64,000 nucleotides of DNA from Leucoraja ocellata. Taxonomy: Eukaryota. A model generated the notes under the pieces. It did no database searches and was not told the DNA's origin. It saw nothing but the letters and a program-made list of their open reading frames with translations. The stretch lies in contig JAWMAR010000069.1 of assembly GCA_036785375.1 (NCBI GenBank), positions 6,262,001 through 6,326,000 on the forward strand, written 5' to 3'. Every line of letters starts with the position of its first letter. The stretch's first letter is position 1. Position numbers and translations under genes: made by a program. Below, one piece after another: positions 23,582-35,900 of this stretch.

Positions 23582-24298
23582 GAAGATAGAGACAAAAACC
23601 TGGAGTAACTCAGCGGGTCAGACAGGATCTCTGGAGAAAAGGTGACGTTTCAGGTCGAGACCCTTCTTCAGACTGAGAGTCTGCAGAAAAGGAAACGTGA
23701 GATATGGACGATGATGTAGGGGAATATAGAACAAATGAATGAAAGATGCAAAAAAGTAACAATAATAAAGGATATAGGCTATTGTTAGCTGTGGCTCAGG
23801 TGAAAATGTTTATGGACAATGAGACCCAACAAGATGACTTTGAAGCTGGTATGACGGGTAGGGGGAGGGATGGAGAGACGGGGGATGTAAGGGGTACTTG
23901 AAGTTAGTGAAATCAACATTCATACCACAGTGTTGTAAGTTGCCCAAACAAAATATGAGATGGTGTTCCTCCAATTTGCGTTTGGCCTCACTCTGACAAT
24001 GGAGGAGGTCGAGGACAGAAAGGTCAATGTGGGAATGGGAAGTAGAATTAAAGTGTTTCGCAACTTGGAGAACAGGTAGGTCCAGGAAGACTGAGAATAG
24101 GTGTTCAGCGAAACGATTGCCCAGTCTACGTTTGGTCTCGCCGATGTATAAGAGTCCACATCTTGAACCACAGATACAGTAGATGAGGTTGGAGGAGGTG
24201 CAAGTGAACCTCTGCCTTAGCCTGAAAGGACTGTTGGGGTCCCTGGACAGAGTCAGGGGATGAGGTATAGGGACAGGTGTTGCATCTCCTGCTTTAAG
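23582..24298 (-). mobile_element. Penelope-like retroelement 3' part with GIY-YIG endonuclease
   Basis: ORF 23810-24391: QRFTCTSSNLIYCICGSRCGLLYIGETKRRLGNRFAEH...VAKHFN...LEEHHLIFCLGNLQHCGMNVDF; followed by terminal repeat with hammerhead motif. Confidence 0.95.
23644..23671 (-). ncRNA. Minimal type I hammerhead ribozyme motif (Penelope-associated)
   Basis: Reverse complement reads CUGAAGA A GGGU CUCG ACCU GAAA C GUC. Confidence 0.7.
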
Positions 24299-24299
24299 G

Positions 24300-24730
24300 G
24301 GAATTAAAGTGCTTGCTGCTTGATTGTCACCCCATCTTCTACTTATACACCACTCTCTCCACCACAGTCCGATCGTGTCTCCTGTATGCATCGTCTACAA
24401 AGGCAACTCACCAAAGCTTCTTCACCTGCACCTCCCAAACCTGCACCTTCTGCCAACAGGACAGACAAGGGCAGCGGTCTGATGAGAGTGCTTCCAACTG
24501 CAGGATGGATTTCTTTTAAGCCACACATCATCCTGATATGAGAATCCATCACTCTTTACACTGGTCATCGAACCACTCGCCTAACAGCACCACAGGAATA
24601 TTTTTCCCAAAACATAGCAGTTGTTCCTTAAAGAAAACAGCTCACCATCACCTTCTAAAGAACAACTTGGTGAAAGCAATAAATGCTGGCCTTACAATTG
24701 ACGTCCACTTCCTCTGACTGAATAAATAAA
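24300..24730 (+). mobile_element. Old CR1/L2-group LINE 3' end
   Basis: cagctcaccatcaccttct...caataaatgctggcc...gaataaataaa; related copies at 27345-27592 (+) and 30665-30740, 31335-31390 (-). Confidence 0.65.
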
Positions 24731-25406
24731 CCACAAAAGTTATGGAGAACTATTCTTTTACAAGTCAGAGTCTTTAGGGACCCACTGTAATGAAAGCTGC
24801 CTCATACATTGCACTTTCAATTACTTTCCTAATAATCACAGTTTCTGCTTAATTGTAAATTCTTTCTGGTCGTGAGTGATTGCAATTAAGAGCACAAGAG
24901 CACTAGACTGTACATAATTACCTTCAATGTGCAAAATAAATAACCACTTATTTTTATTTCAATGGTGTTCTTGATTGCAAAGAACTGCGATCTGAACGAA
25001 CATGCAAAATATGATCGATCCACAGTTAATTATCGCGGTCTGTTCACAGAAACAATCCCAGCACTGAGATTCTCTTCAACAACATGGCAAAGAGCTGTCA
25101 ATGCAAAAATCCTCATTGTTTAATCAACATGTGTTTTGTACATTGTTAAAAGAATGTTGATAAATAAACAAGGATTTGGGTGAAGAGCTATCAAGTTGTG
25201 AAGGAGCTGGACTGTCATTAGGAAATGTGAATGGAGAAATTGCAGTGTATGATATGGTTCGGTGAATGCTCAATGCAATAATCGGACTAACTATTTATTG
25301 TTTTTGCAAAAGCATTGGGTAATAACATATTCATAGATTTACATTGACATTAAATGGCCAAGAGAAAGTCTCATTTGAATATTTTGAAAAAAATAAAAGA
25401 TTTAAA

Positions 25407-25540
25407 AGGGTGGCACAGTGGCGCAGCGGTAGAGTTGCTGCCTTATGGCGCTGGAGATCTGCCTTCAATTCTGACAACGGGTGCTGTCTGTATGTAGTTT
25501 GTACTTTCTCCCCAAGACTGCGTGTGTTTTCTCCGGGTCA
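25407..25540 (+). mobile_element. HE1 V-SINE 5' half
   Basis: gggtggcacagtggcgcagcggtagagttgctgcc... Confidence 0.85.
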
Positions 25541-26124
25541 ATGCAGCTCACCCCCTCCATGTCACAGGTCACCGTATAGAAGAAGGTTGGAAATGGTTGG
25601 AACGAGATTGTAGCAGCACTGTGTATTTTAGACAGGCTTTGGTCATAACACTAACTGCAGCAATATTTTAACGCACAAAACATAGGTGCAACACAAACTC
25701 TAGACATGGGTATTGCCTAACAGATTGAAAATCTGCTGCAAAAAATGATTTACATCAACTATCTCATGAAATGTTACAGTTTGGAAATAGGTCCCTCAGC
25801 CCATCAAGCCCATGACAATTATCCAACGTCTACTATTAATGATTCCTCAGGTTTGCCCTGTTATTTCTCCCAAGATTTCCATCATCTGCTCTAGATCCTA
25901 CCACTCATCAACACACTAGAGGTGATTTACAGTGGCCACCTGCATGTCTTTGGGATCTGGGAGGAAATCAGAGCACCAGGAGGACCCTCATTAAGTCCAA
26001 GGGGGAACGTGTCAACTCCACACAGGTAGCACCCAAGGTCAGGACTGAAGCTGCTTCACTGATACTCAGAAAAACATTCCTGCCAACCATTATGTCTCAA
26101 TACAAGGTTTCAACCAAAACACAA

Positions 26125-26370
26125 GTTCATAAATTCATAAATTATAGGAATAGAATTAGGCCATTCAGCCCATCAAGTCTACTCTGCCTTTCAATCTTGG
26201 CTGACCTATCTTTTCCTGTCAACCCCATTCTCCTGCCTTCTCCCCATAACCCCTGACACCCATACTAATCAAGAAACTGTCAATCACCATTTAAAAAATA
26301 CCTATTGGCTTGGCCTCTCCTGCCCCCTGTAGCAATGAATTCCACAGATTCATCACCGTCTCACTAAAGA
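26125..26370 (-). mobile_element. CR1 LINE 3' end
   Basis: gaattaggccattcagcccatc...aaccccattctcctgccttctcccc...gaattccacagattcatcacc. Confidence 0.85.
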
Positions 26371-26557
26371 CAAAATAACTTAAGACAAAATTCCCCCCAA
26401 AACATCACCCATTCCTTTCCAACCACAGATGCTGCTCAACCATTGAATTCCTCCAGCAGATGGCATGTAGTTCCACCAACCACACCACTGTACTTTTCTG
26501 ATTTCCACACCCAATAAACCAAAGCTTAAATAGATTTATTTTCATAGTGAGTCATGT

Positions 26558-26868
26558 GGCGCGACATGGCAAAGCAGTAAAGTTGCTGCCTAACAGAATC
26601 AGAGACCTGGGTTCGATCCTTACTATAGCTGCTTGTCTGTACTGAGTTTGTGCGTTCCACCCGTGACATGCATGCGTTTTCATCCAAGATCTTCGGTTTC
26701 CTCTTACGCACCAAAGACGTACAGGTTTGTAGGTTAATTCGCTTGGTATCATTGTAAATTGTCCCTAGTGTGGATAGTGTTTGTGTGCGGGGATCGCTGG
26801 TTGGTGTGGACTTGATGGGCCAAAGGGCCTGTTTCTGTGCTGTATCTCTAAATTAAACTAAACTAAAT
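26558..26868 (+). mobile_element. HE1-type V-SINE (full length)
   Basis: Head with ggttcgatcc B-box, V-domain, (ctaaa)n tail. Confidence 0.9.
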
Positions 26869-27222
26869 ACGAGAAAGATTGGGTACATCACCTTACACCT
26901 GCAAATTGGAGATCCCCATGAGAAGATGTATTTCAGAGAGAGGTCTGAACTCTGCAAGTGAGGTGAAACTCAGCAGGAAAAACAAAAGCTTGTAGCGAGC
27001 TATTAAAGTAATTGGAGTAATTTAAGTAATTGGAACACGGATTAATTTCTCCATGTGTTACAATTAGTGCAGGTGAACGGCAAAGCAGAATGTGAGGGAC
27101 TTTTAAGCATCATCTGGATCTCCCTTCCTGATTACTGGTGCTCTTCATTGGTGATAATGATCAGAGTGTGGAGAGAGTCACTGCTTAGGCAGGCTTAAAC
27201 TTAAATACTTGCGGGAGGACAT

Positions 27223-27337
27223 AGATGTAGAAACATCACCTTTTTCTCCAGAGATGCTGCCTGACCCGCTGTGTTACTCCAGCACTCTGTTTCTATCTGC
27301 GTTATAAACCTGCATCTGCAGTTTTTTTGTTTCTACA
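27223..27337 (+). mobile_element. Penelope-derived mini-element with 7-bp TSD and short inverted end
   Basis: aggacat at 27216-27222 and 27338-27344; 5' tgtagaaac is the inverse of 3' gtttctaca. Confidence 0.75.
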
Positions 27338-28489
27338 AGGACATCAAAAGCATAGGAACACCGCACGGGGCACATTGCCGTCCAAATCACGCACCATGTT
27401 GACTTGGAAATATATCACCTTTCCTTCACTGTGCTGGAGCAAAATCCTGGAATTCCCTCGTTAACAGTGATATTGAGATGCCCAGTCTGGCAAAGAGTGG
27501 AGTGGTTAAAGAAGGCAGCACAATGTCACCTTCTTTGGGGCATTTAAGGATGAACAATTAAATGTGAAGCCCACATCCCTTGAAAAATAAACAATCTCCA
27601 TCAATTCCTGACTGCAGGAAGCATCTCTGGTCCTTTCCCACTCTCCTGACCATTGACACTGACAGATTTGCATGTTGCCCCACAACACCAATCCCCATTC
27701 ATTGTTAAAGTCCATAGGAGATCTATGTTAAAACTGCTTCAGCCTGCATTGTGCAATGGTATCCAGGCCTAATTCATCATTGGCTGCAAATAAGTTCTCA
27801 GAAGTTTCAAGTTTTGGAATCACAAAAGCAAGTTCAAATCGATTGAAGAACTTGCACAAGATTAACAGCTCTGATTTCCAATTAAATATGCGGCTATGAG
27901 CAATCAGGATTAATAATCAAACACGGTCACTGATTTACTAATTTGCTCTCCACTGGGAGGTCGACAACATGAACCACGTTTACTATACTAAAGACATTGG
28001 AAATTGCTCAATTCTAAATAAAAATGCAACTGGGGCGAAATTGTACCGTGCAATATTAGCATGGACATAATTACATTTTGAGCAACTTTTTTGATGTGCA
28101 AATTTGTTGGTGGAATTAACTCTTTGGGGGTGAATTTGGTCTTTGCAGTATCTGCTCTCTTTGTGCTACAAATGTCTTAGAGCACAAAACATCTCCAGTG
28201 TTATTCACACAAATTAGTGGGCTGAATGGTGTTGGACACTTTTCATAAGGACCAGGCAGATCAGTGATAAACAGATGTATAAGTTCATGAATAATGCTTT
28301 ATCTAGACAGTACATAGATAGGAAAGGTTTTGAGGGATATGAGCCAAACACAGGCAGCTACCACAAATGTAGATGGGGCATCTTAGTCAATATGGGCAAG
28401 TTGGGCTGAAGGGTCTTCCATGCCAACTCTATGACTCTAAGTCTTAATACTCAGTGCTTCAGGGTACAAATTCATCCACAGCCACTGTT

Positions 28490-28782
28490 AAGTTTAGTTT
28501 GGTGTAGTTTAGAGATGCAGTGTGGAAACAGTTCCCTTCAGCCCATTGAGACTGAGGCAACCAATGGTCACCTGTACACTAGTTCTAACCTACACATGAG
28601 GGACAATTTACAGAAGACAATTAACCTCCAAGCCTGCACGTCTTTGGAATATGGGATGAAACTGGAGGATCCGGAGAAAACCCATGCAGTCGCCGGGAGG
28701 ACCAACAACCTCCGTATATAAAGCACCCTTAGTCAGGATTGAACCCGGCTTTCTGACGATGTAAGACAGCTATTCTACCGCA
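28490..28782 (-). mobile_element. HE1-type V-SINE
   Basis: Tail, V-domain and head reverse complement. Confidence 0.85.
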
Positions 28783-28904
28783 GGGAATTTCCGGGATTTA
28801 GCAGCCTCCAATAGAAGAAGTGTTTGTTCAGGAGTGAGGATTTCAAGGCTGGGTGCTGCAGAGGGAGGATAGGAGGTGGAGGATTTGTGGAAGGGTGGCA
28901 CTGA

Positions 28905-29230
28905 TTTTAGTTTAGTAGTAGTTTAGAGATGTAGCGTGGAATCAGGAACTTTGGCCCACTGAGTCCGTGCCGACCAGCGATCCCCGCACATTAACGTTAC
29001 CCTACACACACTAGGGACAATTTACACTTGTACCAAGCCAATTAACCTACATATCTACACGTCTTTGGAGTGTGGGAGGAGACCGAAGATCTCGGAGAAA
29101 ACCCATGTAGGCCACGGGGAGAATGTACAAACTCCATACAGACAGCACCTATAGTCGGGATCGAATCCGGATCTCCGGCGCCGCAAGCGCTGTATGGCAG
29201 CAACTCTACCACTGCGCCAACAGTGCCGTA
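28905..29230 (-). mobile_element. HE1-type V-SINE (full length)
   Basis: Tail through ggatcgaatcc...ggcagcaactctaccactgcgcca. Confidence 0.9.
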
Positions 29231-31702
29231 GTGATGATCATAGTGGGAGATGATTGGGATTGGGAGTGGGGAGGGAGGGGAGGTTGGGACAATCAGTGTG
29301 GCTGCAGATGCCTTGGAGAAAAGATTGGGAGATGGTGGTGGTCAGAGAGAAGATAGTGAAAAAGGTTGCTGAGGAAATATTCAAGTGGAACAGCTAATGC
29401 ACTGGAAGAGGTTAACAATCAGTAACAATGAAAACTTAAAAAGGACTCTTGAGAGGAGGTGGTGGACACTTTAGTTCTATGGGAATTATCCAAGTTTAGA
29501 TACTGCCCAAACTGGCTTCAACGCTGTGGAAACTATCCTGAAAGAGTGTGATGGCTGTTTGTCTCTCCACGGATCTTTCCAATCTCCCACTGGAGTTACG
29601 AAGGGAAAAATCACACAGATTTTATTGAAACCTCTGCAAAAATGACTGAGTTCAGATAAAGGTGACACCATCATAATCAAACGGCAGCCGAAGCTTGTAG
29701 AACATCCTTTATTGCTTTCAGGGCTGAAATTAAACCTAGAATTCAAAATGATTTTAAAAATGCAAGTGTCTCCTTTATTGAATTGTTCTTTCTTTAGCTA
29801 GAAGGTGTTGGGGGCAGAGAAGATCCAAGCAGCTTCAGAGCTTTAAGAAATTATTTTTTGCTTTCTAAATTTATTAGTAAAAAAAATGAATGTCACAGAA
29901 ATGATTGAAATGAATCCCCAGTCCACAGTATGCTGTTGCTTTGGAGGAAGGGATTCTGGATTGCATGTCTACCCATTCATATTCATATAAATAAATCACA
30001 ACGAGACACATCAAAGCGTGAAAGCTGTAATATTTTATGGTTAGTCACCGTTGATCAGAAGCCTCGCTGCTCCACGAACAATGTCATTCCCCATAAAGTT
30101 ATTTTAAATGATGTTCCAGGAAATACAATTGCACAGAATCTCACAGCACACCACTTGTTTCACTTGTGATTCTCTTTCATTCTAAGATTCTGATCATACG
30201 AGGCACAACTTCAATGTGTTACCTCCCTCATGTTCCTCTTTGATGCCAGATCTAAATGTTAACATGTAGGCCCAATCGATGATTGTGGTCTGTGAGAGAG
30301 ACCATCACCAGGGTAATTATCAAAGACTATCATGGGGACCATGCCTGGAATTCCCATATTGTATTTTTTTAATAAGTTATTGGAGTAGAATTAGGCCATT
30401 CGACCTATCAAGTTTACTCTATTTCTCGATTTCAAAGGAGAATGAGTTTTGGAAAATCTTGTTGAAGGAAAATTCATAAACAAATGTTGGCAAATTGGAT
30501 GAACAGAGAACTGTTTCAGTGTTTCAACAAAGGCAAAGTTTCTGCCACACGACAACATTAGTTAGAAAGAAAGAGCCCGCCACTTACTGACAAAGTAGTC
30601 TCAATAATGAAATGTGACAAAGATCCATCACCATCATTTAAAAGAAAATCTTTCTTTGGAATGTAAGCAAGAGATTTATTGCTCTTTCCTAGTTTCGTTT
30701 GAAAAGAAGATGGCGAGGCACTTTCTCCATCCATTACCTTCTGCTGGTGAAGGTATAAGGAAGCTTTTCAAGATTTATACCCAACGATGAATAAGGAATA
30801 AGTATATTTCCAAAAAAGAGAACAAAGTGTCGCGGTCCTACAATCAAATTATCAATTTCCAAGTTAGAATAGTGTTTGACTAACAGAATAAATTGAACAT
30901 GATGGGGTTCTAATGCAGCTGCTGTTCTTGCCCTTTGTGGTGGTGTGGGAGGCCCTGTTGGTCTCGACATGATGAGCAACCTCAGCCATGGAACACAAGA
31001 CATGGAAGGGCCATAAATTGTTAGCATGGCCAACGGCATACCAGTTGAGTGGGTTGTTTTGTGCTGGAAGAGTCCACCTCCATAAATGTTGCTGCAGCTC
31101 CAATTTTCCTGGCAACGTGTCCACATGAGTGTCAAGGCTCTTGTTTAAAGAAAGGAAACCATTTCACATCAAAATAAAATATCTCGAGATATATCATTGC
31201 GTTAATATTGGGGCTTTAGCTTTAAAAATATATTTTGGAAGAAAATGTTAAAGCCTTCTGAGCAGAGAAAGCATTGGGAGAATTAGGATTCAAATACAGA
31301 CAAATATTTCTTTAATGTGTGTTTTTTTAAAATCTGGGCCAGCATTTATCATCTCATTAATTGCCCTTGAGAAAGTAGCAGTGAACAGTACTGAGTATGA
31401 CACTATTGAATGTATAGAGAATATGTGAAGAATTTTTGCACAGTTTACATTTTGTATATTTATTTTATTCTGAATAAAGTTTAATATTCAAAAATTTAAA
31501 ATCCCGCACTGCAGGGACAAGTATAATAGCACACATTGCTACTCCCACCTGCAGTCCCCTCTCACCCCCTCAGTTTAAACACCATCTTAACAATGGTATA
31601 TTGCTAACTCTCCATTAGATTAAATACCAAAGCTCCCTACCCAGTAACATTGAGATTACCTTCATCGTAATTGTTGAAGAAAGTGCACTCACCACTACCT
31701 TC

Positions 31703-32260
31703 TCAATGGGGGGAGAGGATGGAGTCGAGGTATGTGGAAATAAGTTCGGTAGGACACGAACAGGCAGAAACAGTGGGTCTGCCAGGACAGTCAGATTTGT
31801 GGATTTTGTGGAGAAGGTGAAATAGGGCCATGCGGGACTGGGGAACGATGAGGTTGGAGGCTTGGGAGGGCAGGGAGCTGGAGTTGATGAAGTCAGTGAT
31901 GGTGCTGGAGATAGTGGCCTGATGCTCGTCTGTGGGGTCATGGTCCAAGGATAAGTAGGAGGAGGTGTCTGAGAGTTGGCGCATGGCATCTGCCTTGTAG
32001 AGATCAGCGCGCCAGACTACCACGGCACCTCCCTTGTCGGCGGGTTTGATCACCCAGTCTGGGTTGTTGCAGAGTGAGTGGAGGGCTGTACGTTCAGGGG
32101 GGGGAGAGGTTAGAGTGAGACAGGGGAGTGGAGAAGTTGAGGCGGTTGATGTCCCGCTGGATGTTTAAAATAAAAAGTCTAAAGCCGGTAGATGGCCATG
32201 AGGGGTGGCCCAAGAGGAGGGGGTCCGTTGGAGATGGGAAAAGGGGTCATCACTGATGTG
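31703..32260 (-). mobile_element. Penelope-like reverse transcriptase N-terminal fragment
   Basis: IKPADKGGAVVVW..DLY..A.RQLSD.SSY..L..DPT...KIHK..CPGRP.VSAC..PTELIS.YLD.IL.P, the characteristic PLE DKG motif. Confidence 0.93.
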
Positions 32261-32734
32261 GGGGGGGGGGGGGGGGGGAGGTAAATTGGCTAATGAAAAT
32301 TATCCCTGATGTATAGGATAGTTAGAGCTTGTTTCGGTGCTGTATCGCTAAAAATATCTAAAAAGATGCATGAAATGGAGATCCACTTATCATGATGCAC
32401 ATTTCATCAAGAAAGACGATACAGCTATTTGTCAACAATAACATGTTTCCACATGGTCCCTCTTTGTTTTTATGCATTTTATCGCTGTGAATATATGGAT
32501 GGAGAGATATCCTTGGTTGCTTCTGTTAAAATGTTGTTTGGTGTGAATTATGCAATCCTTGATTTAAGGAAACATCAATAAAGAAGACAATCACTTTCCA
32601 GAGCAAGTACAGTTACATTTGCAACAACCTAGGGCATCTCATTAACAGCTTTCAATAGCTCATCAAGATGCCTCAGAATGAATACTGGCCATTGAGTAGA
32701 ACATGTTTAAGGATGCATTACAATGATGGTGATT

Positions 32735-33095
32735 ATTGAAACGCTTCAAGGATAACGCTTCAAGGACAACATCAAGAACAGTCTGAAGAAATTCCACATC
32801 ACATTAAGCAGCTGGGAGCACATTGCACTGGACGGGCGCTCCTGGAGGAAATCCGTGCAGGAAGGAGCTGCAGTTAACAAGATGGAATTACACTGTGTGT
32901 TGCAGAGACAAAGAGACAGCACCGTAAGGAGCGAGAGAAGAGGGCTCGACGACTACCAACCACCGCCAGTCTCCACTGCTCACGTTGCACCAAGGTGTGT
33001 GGATCGCAGATCGGCCTCTATAGACATCTGCAGACCCACAAGTAGATGACCCAATGGAGAGGAAAGGACAGTCATACTCATTTCGATATCCCAAA
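32735..33095 (+). mobile_element. RTE-clade LINE 3' end
   Basis: RFKDNIKNSLKKFHI..SSWEHIALDGRSWRKSVQEG...KRQHRKER...HCSRCTKVCGSQIGLYRHLQTH* (C-terminal zinc-finger-like motif). Confidence 0.85.
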
Positions 33096-33206
33096 CCACT
33101 AGTAGAGTTGTTGCTTTACAGTGATCTGGGTTCAATTCTGACCTCCTATCAGTTTATAGTTTGTAGGTTCTCCTTGTGACCACATAGATGTTGCCCTGAT
33201 ATTACA

Positions 33207-33820
33207 ATTTTACTTCGGAGTCACGTGAGTGACAACGTGAAGAGCCCGCTCAGCACGCATGCACGGCATTGCGTTCAGCAGTGCAACAGTGGCCGCATCG
33301 AGAATCAGGCGCTCCCGCTACAGATTGAAAGACGGACCGTCAGGTAAGCACCCTGAGGTCGGTTTCTTTCATAGGAGAGCCTTCTGCCTTGTTTTACAGG
33401 CAGAGAACAAAGGCTCTTGAACAAACCTGTCCCCCGCTCGACTCCAACGGAGGAGCGTTCCATCTGGGGGGGGGGCAGCAACAGGCGGTAGGACGCTTAC
33501 CGGGTGCTCCGCCATCCCCGACACCGGGCCGAGACCAGTCCCGCTAGCGCCTGAGCAGCGGACTGGTTGTATTCCCTCCAGGAAGAGCATCCGGCCGGTG
33601 GTTTCCGACTCGTTGGACGGGAACGTCTCACCACCCGTTCGGGGGAGAGACAGCTGCCGGAGCAGGTGCTCCAGCGAGACGCGCTCCGTGAGGGGCACTC
33701 TCGCAGGGGGAGTTCAGGCACTCCCTCCACAGTGCCTTGTGCACTGGCCATCAAAAATACCCGGCGCTCCGCCATCCCCGACACCAGGCCGAGGCCAGTC
33801 CCGCTAGTGCCTGAGCAGCT
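33207..33820 (+). mobile_element. Probable DIRS-type tyrosine-recombinase retrotransposon 5' fragment
   Basis: Starts attttacttcggagtcacgtgagtgac (recalled as a DIRS-like terminus), abrupt GC/CpG-rich block, internal donor/acceptor pair; no diagnostic protein motif seen. Confidence 0.5.
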
Positions 33821-34409
33821 TCTTCTCCACATCCACTCTATCCAAGCCATGGTCAACAGAAGTCTGCCATATATATGCAAGTTGTCGTGGATCTTTAACT
33901 TTGTGCAGAAAGAAAGTATACAGTTATAGTTTATCTCCTTAAGCATGTTTGAGTTTGCAGCACCTGCTTAGAATTGTCTGGAAATGCTCATCTTGATATT
34001 GTTCTTAAAGTTCTGTAGTGACACTTGACTCCACAACCTCCAGAAAGGCACACTGCATATTTCTCATTAGGATTCATGTCATTTAATCTTACTCTCCCGA
34101 TGTTCAGTTATGTTCCCCTTTGATCCTCTGCTGCTTTTAAGGCTGAATAATCTTTCCTCAGTTCCTCTGGAATCAGTTTTCCAGCCACTCTCGCACCCTT
34201 TACAACACAATGGTAAAGAGCATTGCTGTCACTAATAGATGCTTTGATAAACTTTTTGTTCTACTCATCAAACAACTTTCTTTTATATCTCGCCCAACAT
34301 CCAGATATGTGAGGAAATCGCTGTGATCGCCAGGCTTGTAGGAAGCATGCATAACAAATAAGACTAAAATGTGCACTACCTCTTTGCTGGTCTATCTGCG
34401 GCAAAAACA

Positions 34410-35150
34410 AGGGGGCAGATTATTATCTCAATGGGGTTAGGTTAGGTAAGGAGGAGGTACAGCGAGACCTGGGTGTCCTTGTACACCGGTCACTGAAAGT
34501 TGGTGTGCAGGTACAGCAGGCAGTGAAGAAAGCTAATGGAATGTTGGCCTTCATAACAAGAGGATTTCAGACAAGGAGTAAAGAGGTTCTTCTGCAGTTG
34601 TATAAGGTTCTGGTGAGACCACATCTGGAGTATTGTGTACAGTTTTGGTCTCCTAATGTGAGGAAGGACATCCTTGTGATTGAGGCAGTGCAGCGTAGGT
34701 TCACGAGATTGATCCCTGGGATGGCGGGACTGTCATATGAGGAAAGATTGAAAAGACTAGGCTAGCATTCACTGGAGTTTAGAAGGATGAGGGGTGATCT
34801 TATAGAAACGTATAAAATTATAAAAGGACTGGACAAGCCAGATGCAGGAAAACTGTTCCCAATGTTGGGCGTGTCCAGAACCAGGGGCCACAGTCTTCGA
34901 ATAAAGGAGAGGTCATTTAAGACTGAGGTGAGAAAAAACTTTTTCACCCAGAGAGTTGTGAATTTATGGTATTCCACTAGCCCCTAGAGTTAGAGCTCTA
35001 GGGGCTAGTGGAGTCAAGGGATATGGGGAGAAGGCAGGCACGGGATATTGATAGGGGACGATCAGCCATGATCACAATGAATGGCGGTGCTGGCTTGAAG
35101 GGCCAAATGGCCTCCTCCTGCACCTATTTTCTATGTTTCTATGTTTCTAT
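34410..35150 (+). mobile_element. CR1 (HER1-like) LINE 3' portion, young
   Basis: ORFs 34505-34765 (AVKKANGMLAFI...LVRPHLEYCVQFWSP...VQRRFTRLIPG) and 34787-34987 (RGDLIETYKI...TRGHSL...FFTQRVVNLW); (tttctatg)n tail. Confidence 0.95.
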
Positions 35151-35171
35151 ATTCCATTCCAGTATGAATCC

Positions 35172-35473
35172 CAGTTTAGTTTAGAGATGCAGTGCGGATA
35201 CACGCAATTCAAGTCTGTGCTGACCAGCGATCACCCCAAACACTAACATTATCCTGCACGCTGGGGACAATTTACTTTTTTTTAAACCAAAGCCAATTAA
35301 CCTACATACATGTATGTCTTTGGAGTGTGGAGGAAACTGGAACACCTGGAGAAAGCTCAGGCAGTCACGGAGAGAATGTACAAACTCCGTACAGACAGCA
35401 ACCATAGTCAGAATCAAACCAGGGTTTCTGGCGCTGAATGACAACAATGCCATCTCTGAGCCACCGTGCTGCC
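35172..35473 (-). mobile_element. HE1-type V-SINE
   Basis: Tail, V-domain and head reverse complement. Confidence 0.9.
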
Positions 35474-35900
35474 ATCTGTAAATGTTGAACTAACCCTTAA
35501 GGTGTAATGATTCAAAAAAAAGTCCAACCCCATGTGTTCATCCATTATTTTCTCTCTAGTTGCTCAAGAATAGTATTTCATTACATCTGCCAGTTCATGG
35601 CTCACTCCTATTGCTGAACAATGAAATAAGACCAACAGCAGCTTGTATTTTAATAACGCTTTTAAACATAATCAGACACTCCAGGACTTTCACTGGACTA
35701 TTTCTGAAGCAAATTTCAATACAGAACCGTTGTAAAAATTGCTTGAATAAAATAAAATGCAAGTAGTTTTGATATGGCGTATGCTTTAGGAAATAAATAC
35801 CTAGTATTGGGAGCCTGGGAGAAAATAATGCCTCTTTTGGTTTACAATGAATTGAGAGTGTACAGAGACAGATATACATATCTGTGACCATGAAGTTTAT

